Virus record (IMG/VR): IMGVR_UViG_3300045988_171586
Source of the DNA: a virus
Direction: 5' to 3' (one strand)
DNA length: 39,292 nucleotides
Shown in pieces: positions 26,720-36,112 of this stretch (position 1 is the first letter of the stretch; the number at the start of each line of letters is the position of its first letter). The notes under the pieces are model-generated. The model was given only the letters and a program-made list of their open reading frames with translations. It was not told where the DNA came from and ran no database searches. The position numbers and the translations under genes are program-made.

Positions 26720-27220
26720 TTACTGTTTTTCTAATAAATTTTTTAAAATATTGTCAGCTTTTCGATATAAGCTTTTGATGTTAGTAATGTTGTAACGTTC
26801 CATGCATTGATGCTTTGGAAGATTGTAATAAAAATCTTCAATGAATTTTCTATCAAGCGCATCCATATGATCAAGATAATACTCAACAGTTTCAATACGC
26901 ACATTCCAAAATTCAAGTTCTTCTTCAAAAGAATCATTGCCATATTCCTTGATGTAGTTATCAACTGCATTTTTCAACTCATCTTTTTTAGCAATCAGAT
27001 GATTGTACTTATCAACGCTATCCTGAACAAAGCCACCTAATCCATCACTTTTACCAGGAGACTTGATTTGACTTAATTTTCCCTCTACCTCTAAAAGTTC
27101 ATTTTTAAGCGATTTGAGAGGAGTTTCATACTCCTCAATTAATTTGTCACGTTCTTTGATTAAACTCTTATATGCACGAAATTCATTGCGCATAATTGAT
27201 AATGTGTGTATTGGTATCAT
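26720..27220 (-). CDS. Putative late-gene transcriptional activator (sigma-70 region-4-like / ArpU-RinA-type), 166 aa.
   Basis: It sits directly upstream of the packaging module. The C-terminus LDRKFIEDFYYNLPKHQCMERYNITNIKSLYRKADNILKNL resembles a sigma-70 region-4 HTH. Confidence 0.45.
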   Translation of the reverse strand: MIPIHTLSIMRNEFRAYKSLIKERDKLIEEYETPLKSLKNELLEVEGKLSQIKSPGKSDGLGGFVQDSVDKYNHLIAKKDELKNAVDNYIKEYGNDSFEEELEFWNVRIETVEYYLDHMDALDRKFIEDFYYNLPKHQCMERYNITNIKSLYRKADNILKNLLEKQ

Positions 27221-27324
27221 CTATTATCCTCCTTCTTAACATTTCTTAACTGCTTATTTCTCATATTTAATTTGTAACAAAGATTTTGTAATTGCTTTTT
27301 GATGAATCTCCTCTACTTACATAG

Positions 27325-27495
27325 CTATAAAATGTCCCTATCGACATAATAAACTAAAAATTTTTTATCATACTTATAGAAAGCTATATCTATTCTATCG
27401 ATATCACGCTCGGAAAAACTCTCATATACAAATAAGGCTGGTGTTTCAAAGAAAGGCACAAAGTCTTTTGCTCTAAACATTTCTTCCGCTGTCAT
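27325..27495 (-). CDS. Possible small ORF, 56 aa.
   Basis: Its start overlaps the MazG-like stop as ATGA. The hand translation reads MTAEEMFRAKDFVPFFETPALFVYESFSERDIDRIDIAFYKYDKKFLVYYVDRDIL. Confidence 0.3.
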   Translation of the reverse strand: MTAEEMFRAKDFVPFFETPALFVYESFSERDIDRIDIAFYKYDKKFLVYYVDRDIL

Positions 27496-27818
27496 AACTT
27501 TTTCAACCTTTCTTGTTCTCGCTTTGCTTTTTCTACTTTAAAAGCAAACACTTCATCATCACTGATATTAAACATCACTTTTAGTTGATATAGCATGATT
27601 TCCACGTCGGCTATTTCTTCAATTAAATTTGCATAATGTTTATCATTTGGATAACGAAGAAATTTATTAATTGCTTGAATAAGTTCAGCACATTCTTCCA
27701 TCGTTTGTCTGCATTGCGGTTCTTTGCCATATTTTTCAAGCGATTGTCTAAATATCCTTTTTGTTTCCGTTACTTTATCTAGAAATTCATCAACATTAAA
27801 TTCTTCTATTTTATTCAT
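27492..27818 (-). CDS. MazG-like nucleotide pyrophosphohydrolase, 108 aa.
   Basis: The EExxE motif is MEECAELIQAI and the downstream ExxD motif is EEIADVEIMLYQL, as in all-alpha NTP pyrophosphatases. Confidence 0.7.
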   Translation of the reverse strand: MNKIEEFNVDEFLDKVTETKRIFRQSLEKYGKEPQCRQTMEECAELIQAINKFLRYPNDKHYANLIEEIADVEIMLYQLKVMFNISDDEVFAFKVEKAKREQERLKKL

Positions 27819-27838
27819 CTTCTATCACCTCACAATAT

Positions 27839-28018
27839 TTAATATTTATATCTTTCAATCAATCCATGTATGGTTTCATCGTCTTTTGCATCTTGAAAAT
27901 ATTCTCTTTCTTTCATTTCACGTAAAATAGGTATTCCACCAAAACGTACATTCACTTCGTAAAGTAATTCATCTACTGCTAACAATAAATCTAATTCAAA
28001 ATCTTTTTTATTTTTCAT
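27839..28018 (-). CDS. Possible small ORF, 59 aa.
   Basis: The hand translation reads MKNKKDFELDLLLAVDELLYEVNVRFGGIPILREMKEREYFQDAKDDETIHGLIERYKY. It falls just below the 60-aa cutoff and ends 20 nt before the MazG-like start. Confidence 0.3.
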   Translation of the reverse strand: MKNKKDFELDLLLAVDELLYEVNVRFGGIPILREMKEREYFQDAKDDETIHGLIERYKY

Positions 28019-28412
28019 TTTTCTCGTTCCTTTCTATTTTTTCAATAAACCAATCAATAAACTTAAATAATTCATAATAATCACTAATTACTCCAAAACG
28101 GGCAAAATTTGGGCTTTCTTCACTTTTTTTTCCATTGATTTCTATAAATTGAAACCTTAAACAGGCCGTATAATCGTATTGTTCACCCAAATAACTTTCT
28201 TCAAATTGAATACAGTTTTCGCTATTTTTTTCAACTACAGCAATTAAATAGATTTGAAAACCCGGTTCCTTACCACATAATATTTTTAGATCAGGATAGA
28301 ATTTTTTCAAATTAGCTGCTACTTCTTTGAAGTTTTCGTTTCGTAGATCATCTTGATTCAACCCAGACATATCACGATACATTGTTTCCTCAAATAAACT
28401 TTGTTGTCTCAT
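28008..28412 (-). CDS. Hypothetical protein, 134 aa.
   Basis: A clean ORF in the early operon with no recognisable motif. Confidence 0.5.
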   Translation of the reverse strand: MRQQSLFEETMYRDMSGLNQDDLRNENFKEVAANLKKFYPDLKILCGKEPGFQIYLIAVVEKNSENCIQFEESYLGEQYDYTACLRFQFIEINGKKSEESPNFARFGVISDYYELFKFIDWFIEKIERNEKNEK

Positions 28413-28415
28413 TTT

Positions 28416-28559
28416 TTAAAACCTATTCCCAATATAATCAAGTAAGCTTGGTTGATCTTTGCACATTCTTAAAGAACAACGCTTTTTATCATTGTTGAAG
28501 TATTTGCATTTTTGACATTGTTTACGATCTACTGGTTTGGCTATATCTTGTTTTCTCAT
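28416..28559 (-). CDS. Possible small zinc-ribbon protein, 47 aa.
   Basis: It reads MRKQDIAKPVDRKQCQKCKYFNNDKKRCSLRMCKDQPSLLDYIGNRF, with CxxC and CxxxxC pairs. It fills the gap between its neighbours exactly and its start overlaps the upstream stop as ATGA. Confidence 0.35.
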   Translation of the reverse strand: MRKQDIAKPVDRKQCQKCKYFNNDKKRCSLRMCKDQPSLLDYIGNRF

Positions 28560-28738
28560 TTTGAATCACCTTCATTTACTGGATAATTTTCCAAATCCCA
28601 GTCTGCAGGAATTTTGCCCATACATTTGCATACGGGGTTTAGCTCACAGTTTTTGCATTCATCTTCCCCATGAGAGTTACAGTAATTTTTAAGAACCTGT
28701 AATGAGATGTACTCATTGATGTTAGTTGTTTTAATCAT
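28556..28738 (-). CDS. Small Cys-rich protein, 60 aa.
   Basis: Six cysteines occur in the patterns CNSHGEDECKNC and NPVCKC. Confidence 0.45.
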   Translation of the reverse strand: MIKTTNINEYISLQVLKNYCNSHGEDECKNCELNPVCKCMGKIPADWDLENYPVNEGDSK

Positions 28739-29145
28739 TCCAATTCCTCCAATCGAATATATATACCTGGTATTTCCGCCCAGAACTTTTCAATCAGCTC
28801 GCTGGCCACTCTGGAATCATTTACATAAAACCCTAATCTTTCCATGATGTCTTTCAATGCCTTGTTCAAATCATCAGTATCAGGCTTAGTATATTTGTAC
28901 TCTCCATCATGATGTTTACCAGCAATTGGAAAGCACCACCTGACGATTAATCTTAAAGGTCCATCAAAAGGCTTATCAGGAATATGTGGTATCAAATGAG
29001 CTTTCAGCTTTTCTTTTGCGGTTTTAAGTTCTGGTGGATCATAAAACTTCTTTGTGCCCATGTTCACCTTATGCTGTTGAGCAGTTGTAGTAGGTGGAAT
29101 CATAGGCATGAAAAATTCTATTTTTCTTTTCTTATTTTTCTCCAT
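28735..29145 (-). CDS. rusA: RusA-family Holliday junction resolvase, 136 aa.
   Basis: The C-terminal motif is KPDTDDLNKALKDIMERLGFYVNDSRV, a D-x-D-N-x-x-K...D signature. The position at the end of the replication module fits. Confidence 0.75.
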   Translation of the reverse strand: MEKNKKRKIEFFMPMIPPTTTAQQHKVNMGTKKFYDPPELKTAKEKLKAHLIPHIPDKPFDGPLRLIVRWCFPIAGKHHDGEYKYTKPDTDDLNKALKDIMERLGFYVNDSRVASELIEKFWAEIPGIYIRLEELE

Positions 29146-29196
29146 TTTTTTACTAGGGTGCTCTAGGTTTGGTGCCCTCTATCGTGCGGGGTGAGT

Positions 29197-29332
29197 GTTC
29201 GTCGTGCGTAAGCTGTCGCACGACACTTACCTCCGCGTTAGAGGGGTGCGCCAAAAATATTTATATTATGTATATAATATAGGTTCGTCGCACCCCCTAT
29301 GCGACCATGCGACACATCATAGTTCGTCGCAC
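29197..29332. repeat. GC-rich non-coding island with 11-mer direct repeats (GTTCGTCGCAC), inverted half-sites and an AT-rich spacer. Candidate origin of replication (iterons).
   Basis: GTTCGTCGCAC occurs at 29283..29293 and 29322..29332, with a 9/11 variant at 29197..29207. The inverted stem GTCGTGCG/CGCACGAC is at 29201..29224. TGCGAC occurs twice at 29300..29314. An AT-only stretch runs 29251..29281. Local GC is above 55%, against ~30% elsewhere. Confidence 0.5.
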
Positions 29333-29335
29333 TCT

Positions 29336-31588
29336 TTAGTTTTCCTTTCTTTTGATATATCTTTTGCCATCTTCTCCATAATATGCTTCGAAATTTGCAA
29401 CTAAATCTTCATTGCTTTTTTTGCCTTTTCCAAGCCAACCTAATAAAGTTTTTGGAACAGTATTCATTTTCTCTGCAAGCTCATCTGCAGGTACTTCTCT
29501 ACCCTCTATTTCAATATTTGAGAATTCTATTTCAAATTCATTCACTTTTTTCTTTTTATTCTTAGCAACTTGCTCATGTCTTTTTTCTTGTGCTTTTTGC
29601 CATTGAGGTTTTATATCATCAGGATCAATATCTTGAAGTGCTCCATCTTCATCCAATACATGTACTGGATATTCAAAATAAAGGTTTACTGGCGGAAATT
29701 TTGAGAACTCTCTCAATGTTCCTTCAATTCTCCATGCAGTAATTGATGTAGCTTTTGAACGTGCTTCATTGACAAGATTATCAAGTTCTTTGTAGTAGTC
29801 ATGGCCAAGCTTACTTTTACAAAAATCAATCATGATAGTTTGTGATAAAACATCATCTTGAGATAGTTCATTTAAAAGTTCAGGTCTATGTTCTTTTAAG
29901 TAATCGACACAAACTCTACATGCACTCATATTTCTTAACTGTTTGTAATGTGATTCATTTAGTTCCAATTCAATTAAATCTAGTAAAGCATCAGGATCAC
30001 GTGCAAATACACCTGAACCACTAGCGCGGTCCATACTTCTTTTACCACCTTGAGAACCTTTCGAATGGTGATGGCAGTAGATTACTGATGTACCTAACTC
30101 ATTACATATCTTGTCAAACTGGTTACAGAAATTAGCCATTTGGTCGGCACTGTTTTCATCTCCGGTAATAACTTTGTAGATTGGATCTATGACTACTGCT
30201 ATATAATCCTTTTTAGAAGCTCTTCTAATCAATTTAGGGGCAAGTTTATCCATGGGAATAGATTTACCCCTTAGGTTCCAAATATCGATATTAGACAAAG
30301 AATTAGGCTTAATGCCAAGTGCTTTATAAACATCCTTGAATCTATGCAAACATGATGGTCTATCTAACTCCAAATTGACATACAATATTCTTCCTCGAGC
30401 ACACTGCCATCCAAACCATTTTGTTCCTTCAGCAATCGCGATACACATCTCAATCAATGCAAATGACTTACCTGCTTTACTAGGTCCAGCAATAAGCATC
30501 TTGTGTCCTTGTCTTAGAATTCCTTCTATTAATGGCGGTGCAAGTTGAGGCATATCATCCCAAAATTCACTTAATGATTCAGGATCAGGTAAATCATCAT
30601 TGATGCTTTCAATCCATTCATACCACTCTTCCCAGGAACTTTTACCAATGTTGGTATCAACAAGGAATTGTTTTCTTCCTTTTCTTGTAATTCCTGGCAT
30701 TCTTGAAAGTCTCGAAGGATTTCTATTTTGAGTATCAACATCTAGTCCATTCTTTTTACAAATGTTATAGAGATAATCAACACGCTTACGATATTCCTTC
30801 ATATCTGCAGCTTCGATTTTTACAATCGCATGTAGGCTTTTACCACCTGAATGAACTAAACAAGCTATTGGAAGTTCTAATTCTCTCAGTACTGCATTTT
30901 GTTCTTCGATTGCCATTGAATCGCTTTCTACAAGAGCATATTTAAAATCGGTCACATTTTGGTTCTTACAGCCTTTTCCATCCAACGGGTTAAATCGTAT
31001 CCATGCACCTGCTTCTTCGTTGTAGTCGCCTAAAACTGCACCTATATCGCCTTTGCAATTATTCAACTGTTGTATAAGTTTTCCTGCAGTTCTATCCCAG
31101 CACCCTTGTGTTGGCAGATATTTTTCATCTTTAAGCCATGTTTTGGTTACATAGCCTACATTTTCAGTAGAATCAAAAAGTGTTTCCAGATAAGTAATTA
31201 ATTCAGCTACTGGATTCCAGTTAAGAGGCTCTTTGACCTCTTTCCCTTCAATCCAATTCTTATCAACTATGACCTGTTCATCTTTATCAATAACATCATT
31301 CCAGTCAAGTTCATGGCCACTTTCTTTTATTGGTGGAACCCACCCCTGATTTTTAGCATACTGAACAATAGTTCCGCCTGTTACACCTGAACCAGTAAAA
31401 GACTCCCATTTTCTATAGCATTCATTTTTATGATATCTTTTAGAGTCACGTTGACTCCAGTAATCCCAGTCACTAGCTGGATATCCTTCATATTTGAGTG
31501 CCATTCCAACACAACACCACTCTTGGTAGTCAAGCAAAGAAGGATCTATATTATTCAGTATTTCTAATAAATCAGTTGTATACTCCAT
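29336..31588 (-). CDS. DNA primase-polymerase / helicase, 750 aa. It has an N-terminal PriCT-2-like region, a prim-pol domain, and a RecA-like AAA_25/RepA-type helicase domain.
   Basis: The prim-pol-like region is ...VHSGGKSLHAIV.... Walker A is AGPSKAGKSF and Walker B is IAVVIDPI. Confidence 0.85.
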   Translation of the reverse strand: MEYTTDLLEILNNIDPSLLDYQEWCCVGMALKYEGYPASDWDYWSQRDSKRYHKNECYRKWESFTGSGVTGGTIVQYAKNQGWVPPIKESGHELDWNDVIDKDEQVIVDKNWIEGKEVKEPLNWNPVAELITYLETLFDSTENVGYVTKTWLKDEKYLPTQGCWDRTAGKLIQQLNNCKGDIGAVLGDYNEEAGAWIRFNPLDGKGCKNQNVTDFKYALVESDSMAIEEQNAVLRELELPIACLVHSGGKSLHAIVKIEAADMKEYRKRVDYLYNICKKNGLDVDTQNRNPSRLSRMPGITRKGRKQFLVDTNIGKSSWEEWYEWIESINDDLPDPESLSEFWDDMPQLAPPLIEGILRQGHKMLIAGPSKAGKSFALIEMCIAIAEGTKWFGWQCARGRILYVNLELDRPSCLHRFKDVYKALGIKPNSLSNIDIWNLRGKSIPMDKLAPKLIRRASKKDYIAVVIDPIYKVITGDENSADQMANFCNQFDKICNELGTSVIYCHHHSKGSQGGKRSMDRASGSGVFARDPDALLDLIELELNESHYKQLRNMSACRVCVDYLKEHRPELLNELSQDDVLSQTIMIDFCKSKLGHDYYKELDNLVNEARSKATSITAWRIEGTLREFSKFPPVNLYFEYPVHVLDEDGALQDIDPDDIKPQWQKAQEKRHEQVAKNKKKKVNEFEIEFSNIEIEGREVPADELAEKMNTVPKTLLGWLGKGKKSNEDLVANFEAYYGEDGKRYIKRKEN

Positions 31589-31590
31589 TG

Positions 31591-33201
31591 CTAATCTCCT
31601 TCTTTATAAGTTGCTGGATCTATTCCATGAGGAACTCTCCACCCTGAAGCAGCTATTCTATTGATTAATTTTCTAGCTGATTCAAATGACCATGTGCCTA
31701 CTTGTTTAAATCCTTTATTTTCAAGAAGTCTTATTTGTTTAGGTGTTGCTAAACCTTCTTCTTGTCTTTTATGTAATCTATCAAGTAGCAATGTTGCTTT
31801 TCCTGCATTGTCTACACTATCAGGATAGATTCCATATTTTTCTAATGCTTTAATTTGTTTTTCACTTGCTGGTGCCATTTCCCAACCAAATGTAGGAACG
31901 TAACTTTGTAGGTCTTGGTCCATAATACTCATTTCAAATTGCAATGGATCAACAAGCTTTCTTTTTCTTTTACGCATTTCAGCAAGCTGTTTAGCAAGTG
32001 ATTCTTCTCTTTGAGCAACGACATCACTTACAGCTTGTTCTTCAGCTTCTTCTATATCTATGGCTTCAAGTACATCTTCAGGAAGTGCTGAACTTGCCAT
32101 TGTTTCTAAATTTTGTGTCATTTTCTTGGCTACTTCCTCGTTTTCACAAATCAAGTTGGCTGGATGGCACAGTTCATGACGTTCCGTATGCCACAAGAAA
32201 TCTAGTAGTAATAGGTGGCCCTTGCCCTCACATAGACGAGTACCACGACCGACCATTTGTGAGTATAAGCTTCTCACTTTCGTTGGTCGCAAAACGATAA
32301 TGCAATCAACCGATGGGCAATCCCATCCTTCAGTTAACAGCATTGAATTACATAAGACGTTATATTTGTCATTTTCAAAATCTTTCAATATTTCCGCACG
32401 ATCTTTACTGTCTCCATTGACTTCTGCAGCCTTAAATCCATTAGCATTTAAAATATCTCTGAACTTTTGAGAAGTTTTAACTAGAGGAAGAAAAACAACC
32501 GTCTTTCTATCTTTACAATACTTTTTCATTTCCTTTGCTATCTGTTCAAGATAAGGATCCAACACAGTTCCTATATCACTTACCTTGAAGTCACCAGACT
32601 GAACTCCGACCCCGGACAAATCCATCTTTAGCGGTAACGTAAGTGCCTTTATAGGTGTTAGATACCCTTCTTTGATAGCTTTTGGAAGTGTGTACTGATA
32701 AGCTAGACTTTCAAAGAAACTTCCTAAATTTCTCATATCTCCTCTATCAGGTGTTGCTGTTACACCTAATACTTTAGCGCTGTCAAAATATTCTAAAACT
32801 CTTTGATAACCATCGCTTAAACAATGATGTGCTTCATCAATTATGATCGTGTCAAAATAATCCTTAGGAAACTGTTCTAACCTCTTGGTTCTTTGTAATG
32901 TCTGTACTGAACCAACAACAATCCTGAACCAGCTTCCAATGCATGTTTCTTTTGCTTTTTCCATAGCACATTTAAGTCCTGTTGATTTAGCAATCTTATC
33001 ACTTGCCTGTTCAAGCAGTTCCCCTCTATGTGCCATAATAAGAACTCTATCCCCTGATTTAACACAGTCTTTAGCAACTTCCGCAAAGACTATCGTTTTT
33101 CCACATCCAGTAGGCAAAACCAAGAGAGTCTTTTGAACTCCCTTGTCCCATTCTTCAAATATAGAATCATGTGCCTCTTGTTGATAAGGTCTTAACTGCA
33201 T
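31591..33201 (-). CDS. Superfamily-2 DEAD/DEAH-box helicase (ResIII plus Helicase_C), 536 aa.
   Basis: Motif I is LPTGCGKT, motif II is IIIDEAHH, followed by TATP. The helicase C-terminal region carries QMVGRGTR. Confidence 0.85.
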   Translation of the reverse strand: MQLRPYQQEAHDSIFEEWDKGVQKTLLVLPTGCGKTIVFAEVAKDCVKSGDRVLIMAHRGELLEQASDKIAKSTGLKCAMEKAKETCIGSWFRIVVGSVQTLQRTKRLEQFPKDYFDTIIIDEAHHCLSDGYQRVLEYFDSAKVLGVTATPDRGDMRNLGSFFESLAYQYTLPKAIKEGYLTPIKALTLPLKMDLSGVGVQSGDFKVSDIGTVLDPYLEQIAKEMKKYCKDRKTVVFLPLVKTSQKFRDILNANGFKAAEVNGDSKDRAEILKDFENDKYNVLCNSMLLTEGWDCPSVDCIIVLRPTKVRSLYSQMVGRGTRLCEGKGHLLLLDFLWHTERHELCHPANLICENEEVAKKMTQNLETMASSALPEDVLEAIDIEEAEEQAVSDVVAQREESLAKQLAEMRKRKRKLVDPLQFEMSIMDQDLQSYVPTFGWEMAPASEKQIKALEKYGIYPDSVDNAGKATLLLDRLHKRQEEGLATPKQIRLLENKGFKQVGTWSFESARKLINRIAASGWRVPHGIDPATYKEGD

Positions 33202-33680
33202 TAGAATTGCCCTGGATTATAGCTAGGTGTTTGCGTAACTGGCATTTCATCTTTTGGATAGAATTTTTTGATTTCATTGTATTCATTGCCGTTGTAAGTT
33301 CTTGTACCAATCTTACAGCGCCCTGTTGAGCCAGTAACCTTTGACCAGTTCATCTTTAAAGGTTCTCCTTTTTTCTTTTGACCAATTCCTCTAAAGAAGG
33401 CACTTAATAACCCTTCGACTTTTGTATGAAGGAATAATTTATGTTTGATAATGACTTCTTGACCATTGTAATTAACGGCAATATCTACAGTTACTTGATT
33501 GCATGGTGGCATTTTTTCAGAACCATTAAATCTTGTTCTATCAAATCCTTTGACTACAAAGTTATAATCATCAGGCGGCACGATAATAAACTCGCCATCA
33601 TTTTCAATGACACCATCCCAATCTAATTCATGTCCTTCATTCATTCCGTTATTGTTCATCCCGTTGTTATATTCATTCAT
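33201..33680 (-). CDS. DUF669-family phage replication-module protein, 159 aa.
   Basis: Called from position between the AAA_24 gene and the helicase. The N-terminal peptide GHELDWDGVIENDGEF is shared with the primase-helicase. Confidence 0.55.
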   Translation of the reverse strand: MNEYNNGMNNNGMNEGHELDWDGVIENDGEFIIVPPDDYNFVVKGFDRTRFNGSEKMPPCNQVTVDIAVNYNGQEVIIKHKLFLHTKVEGLLSAFFRGIGQKKKGEPLKMNWSKVTGSTGRCKIGTRTYNGNEYNEIKKFYPKDEMPVTQTPSYNPGQF

Positions 33681-33692
33681 TTCTATTTCCTC

Positions 33693-34820
33693 CTAAAATG
33701 CTCTGACATTAGTTTTTATAAATTCTAAAATTTGTGGCCATGCTCCAATCAATACTCCATTGATAAAGTTTGGATCATAATTATCAATTGGTGTATCTTC
33801 TGGATAATAGCCTTTCATACTTACCGCTTTTCTTATTTCTTCTTCCAAAACAAGATCATGATCCATTAGGTCTTTCAATTCTTTTGGAATGATACTTTCA
33901 ACATTTTGCTGTACTACACTGACATTAGGTGTTGGCACTGCTTCTTGAATTGCACCATCATTGAATGGCATTTGTTTCAATTCTTCAGGTATTTCCATTT
34001 TTTCATGATCATTTGCAAGTTGTTGCTTTTCTAAAATTGGTGTCGATTTAAATTGATTTGTAGGAATTTCACTACTCACGTTTAGCTGATTACTAAATAA
34101 ATGTGCAATTGTTGAATAATCAAGTGGAAGTTCCTCTGGTAAACCATCTCTATTCTTCGCATCCCAACAAGGATGATGAGTCGTATACATGACACGTTGT
34201 CCCCCTTGTGCCTTATGTTTTTTACCCTTGTCATCTACAGCCACGCTGAATGTTTTGTAGTTGGCAAATAAAACCATGTCGGCCCACTCTTTTGTAAGTG
34301 GTGCAGTTTGTGCCGTTGTCTTCTTTCCTAATTTCAATTCATAACGGTCATAAGCTCCCATTTCATTAGGTTGTTCAAATTTACGAATAATTGCATGAGC
34401 TGTTAAAACAACATTGATATAGGCCACATCTATTACATCTTGGAGAAGATTAAGAAATCTTCCCCATTCTTCAGCAATGTAGGTATAACCTGTACCATAT
34501 CCAAATTCTTCTACACCTGATTTACCATGTTTTGCACAGATAGCTTCCGTACATAATCTTTCCGCCCAGTCGGCAGTGTCTATAATAAGCGTTTTACAGT
34601 TTCTTTTTTGAATGACTGATTGAACTTCTGCAATCAGCATTTGCCAGCTTGTAGGCTTTGGTAATCTCTTTACATTTAATTTTTTCGTAGATCCTTCGGT
34701 ATCAATAAATAAAGGATCAGGAAACTTTGAAGCAAAAGTTGTTTTTCCAATTCCTTCAGGACCATAGAAAACAACTTTTTGTGCTCCGTTTATTACTCCT
34801 TCAGTAATCTCAAAATCCAT
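33693..34820 (-). CDS. AAA_24 / Sak4-like RecA-fold ATPase (single-strand annealing / recombination protein), 375 aa.
   Basis: Walker A is FYGPEGIGKTTFA and Walker B is LIIDTAD. Confidence 0.7.
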   Translation of the reverse strand: MDFEITEGVINGAQKVVFYGPEGIGKTTFASKFPDPLFIDTEGSTKKLNVKRLPKPTSWQMLIAEVQSVIQKRNCKTLIIDTADWAERLCTEAICAKHGKSGVEEFGYGTGYTYIAEEWGRFLNLLQDVIDVAYINVVLTAHAIIRKFEQPNEMGAYDRYELKLGKKTTAQTAPLTKEWADMVLFANYKTFSVAVDDKGKKHKAQGGQRVMYTTHHPCWDAKNRDGLPEELPLDYSTIAHLFSNQLNVSSEIPTNQFKSTPILEKQQLANDHEKMEIPEELKQMPFNDGAIQEAVPTPNVSVVQQNVESIIPKELKDLMDHDLVLEEEIRKAVSMKGYYPEDTPIDNYDPNFINGVLIGAWPQILEFIKTNVRAF

Positions 34821-36112
34821 TAGAATTCACCCGCTTTCCATGTTGGTTGAGGATTTATTGGTTGAAGTCCAGTTTCTTTTACATAGCCATCTTCAATAAT
34901 CACTGAACATTCATCACCAGTAGATACTCTTGTAGCAATTGCTTGTAATCCTTCTTGTTCAAGCCATGCATTGAACTCTGTTAAAGTTTTTAGATCCATT
35001 TGTTCTAGCTTGTCTAATAAGACAAAACCACAATCAGGATTTAGTTTACGAACAATAGCAGTAGAAACTCTTAATTGGTCACTGCCACTCATACTGTCCC
35101 ATTTTTTACCTTTATAAGTTAATTCATTATCATCAATACTTAATTCAGGTAGTGGTAAATCTGCATTGTTCAATAGATCATATTTTTGTTTACGAACTTC
35201 ATCAATTTGAAGTGATAAATTATCATATTGAGCTTTGTAACCTTTAGCTTCTTCTTCAGCTTTTTCTTTATCTAAATTAGCTCTAATTTTGCGATTGACT
35301 TCTTCAATTTCAGCCAAGTTCTTTTCTAATTCATCAGTTGATTGATCTTGTAAATCCAATGCATCAGTCTTGGCCATGCTTAAATCATAAGTTGCCTTAT
35401 TCAACTCTTCATTTTTTTGTTGAAGCATTTGTTCAAGACGAGCTACTTCATCAGTTAATGTCTTAACTTGATACTCATATTGAGTAACCTTTTCTCTTTT
35501 TCTTTGGTTCTCACCATTTTTGGCAAGGATAGCTTGTTGCTGATTAATCAATTCTTGAGGACTGATTATGTCTGCAGGAACTCCTTCATAAAACAATTGT
35601 TCTTTAGCAAATTTTGCTTTTTGGTCAGCAATACGTCCTACAGTTAATCTTTCTTGATAAAGCTCATTTTCTTTGTGATTGAATACAGCCAATTGATCTC
35701 CAACACCAATGATATTTAGCAATACATCTGCCTTTTCTTTATTGGATTTATTCATAAATGCAGGCAAATTAAGTGCTAACTGTTCAATGAATGAATCCAA
35801 TAATGTTTGGCCAGCTTTTTTACCTGAGGGATCAGTAACTTTTAAGGAACTGTTCTTTCCTTTTCTTTCAACAATGATTCCATTGCTTAAAGTAACTTTT
35901 AATAAAGGCGGAATTGTTGAACCTTCCCTTACAGCATTGCTAGGTTTATTTCTATCTCCACCTAATGCCCATGCAATACTGTCAAGTACCGAAGTTTTAC
36001 CTTGATTGTTATCCCCACCAATGATTGTTAGACCATTTTGTATTGGGTCTATCTTGACGGCTTTAATTCTTTTAACATTTTCTAACTCTAATGCATTAAT
36101 CTTCACTGACAT
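34820..36112 (-). CDS. SMC/SbcC-like AAA_23 ATPase with a long coiled coil. The start is corrected to the ATG at 36112 (MSVKINALEL...).
   Basis: The N-terminal ABC-type Walker A is LTIIGGDNNQGKTSVLD. A long coiled coil follows. The C-terminal signature and D-loop region is LSGSDQL...FVLLDKLEQMD. The RBS GGGGAA lies upstream of 36112. Confidence 0.7.
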   Translation of the reverse strand: MSVKINALELENVKRIKAVKIDPIQNGLTIIGGDNNQGKTSVLDSIAWALGGDRNKPSNAVREGSTIPPLLKVTLSNGIIVERKGKNSSLKVTDPSGKKAGQTLLDSFIEQLALNLPAFMNKSNKEKADVLLNIIGVGDQLAVFNHKENELYQERLTVGRIADQKAKFAKEQLFYEGVPADIISPQELINQQQAILAKNGENQRKREKVTQYEYQVKTLTDEVARLEQMLQQKNEELNKATYDLSMAKTDALDLQDQSTDELEKNLAEIEEVNRKIRANLDKEKAEEEAKGYKAQYDNLSLQIDEVRKQKYDLLNNADLPLPELSIDDNELTYKGKKWDSMSGSDQLRVSTAIVRKLNPDCGFVLLDKLEQMDLKTLTEFNAWLEQEGLQAIATRVSTGDECSVIIEDGYVKETGLQPINPQPTWKAGEF

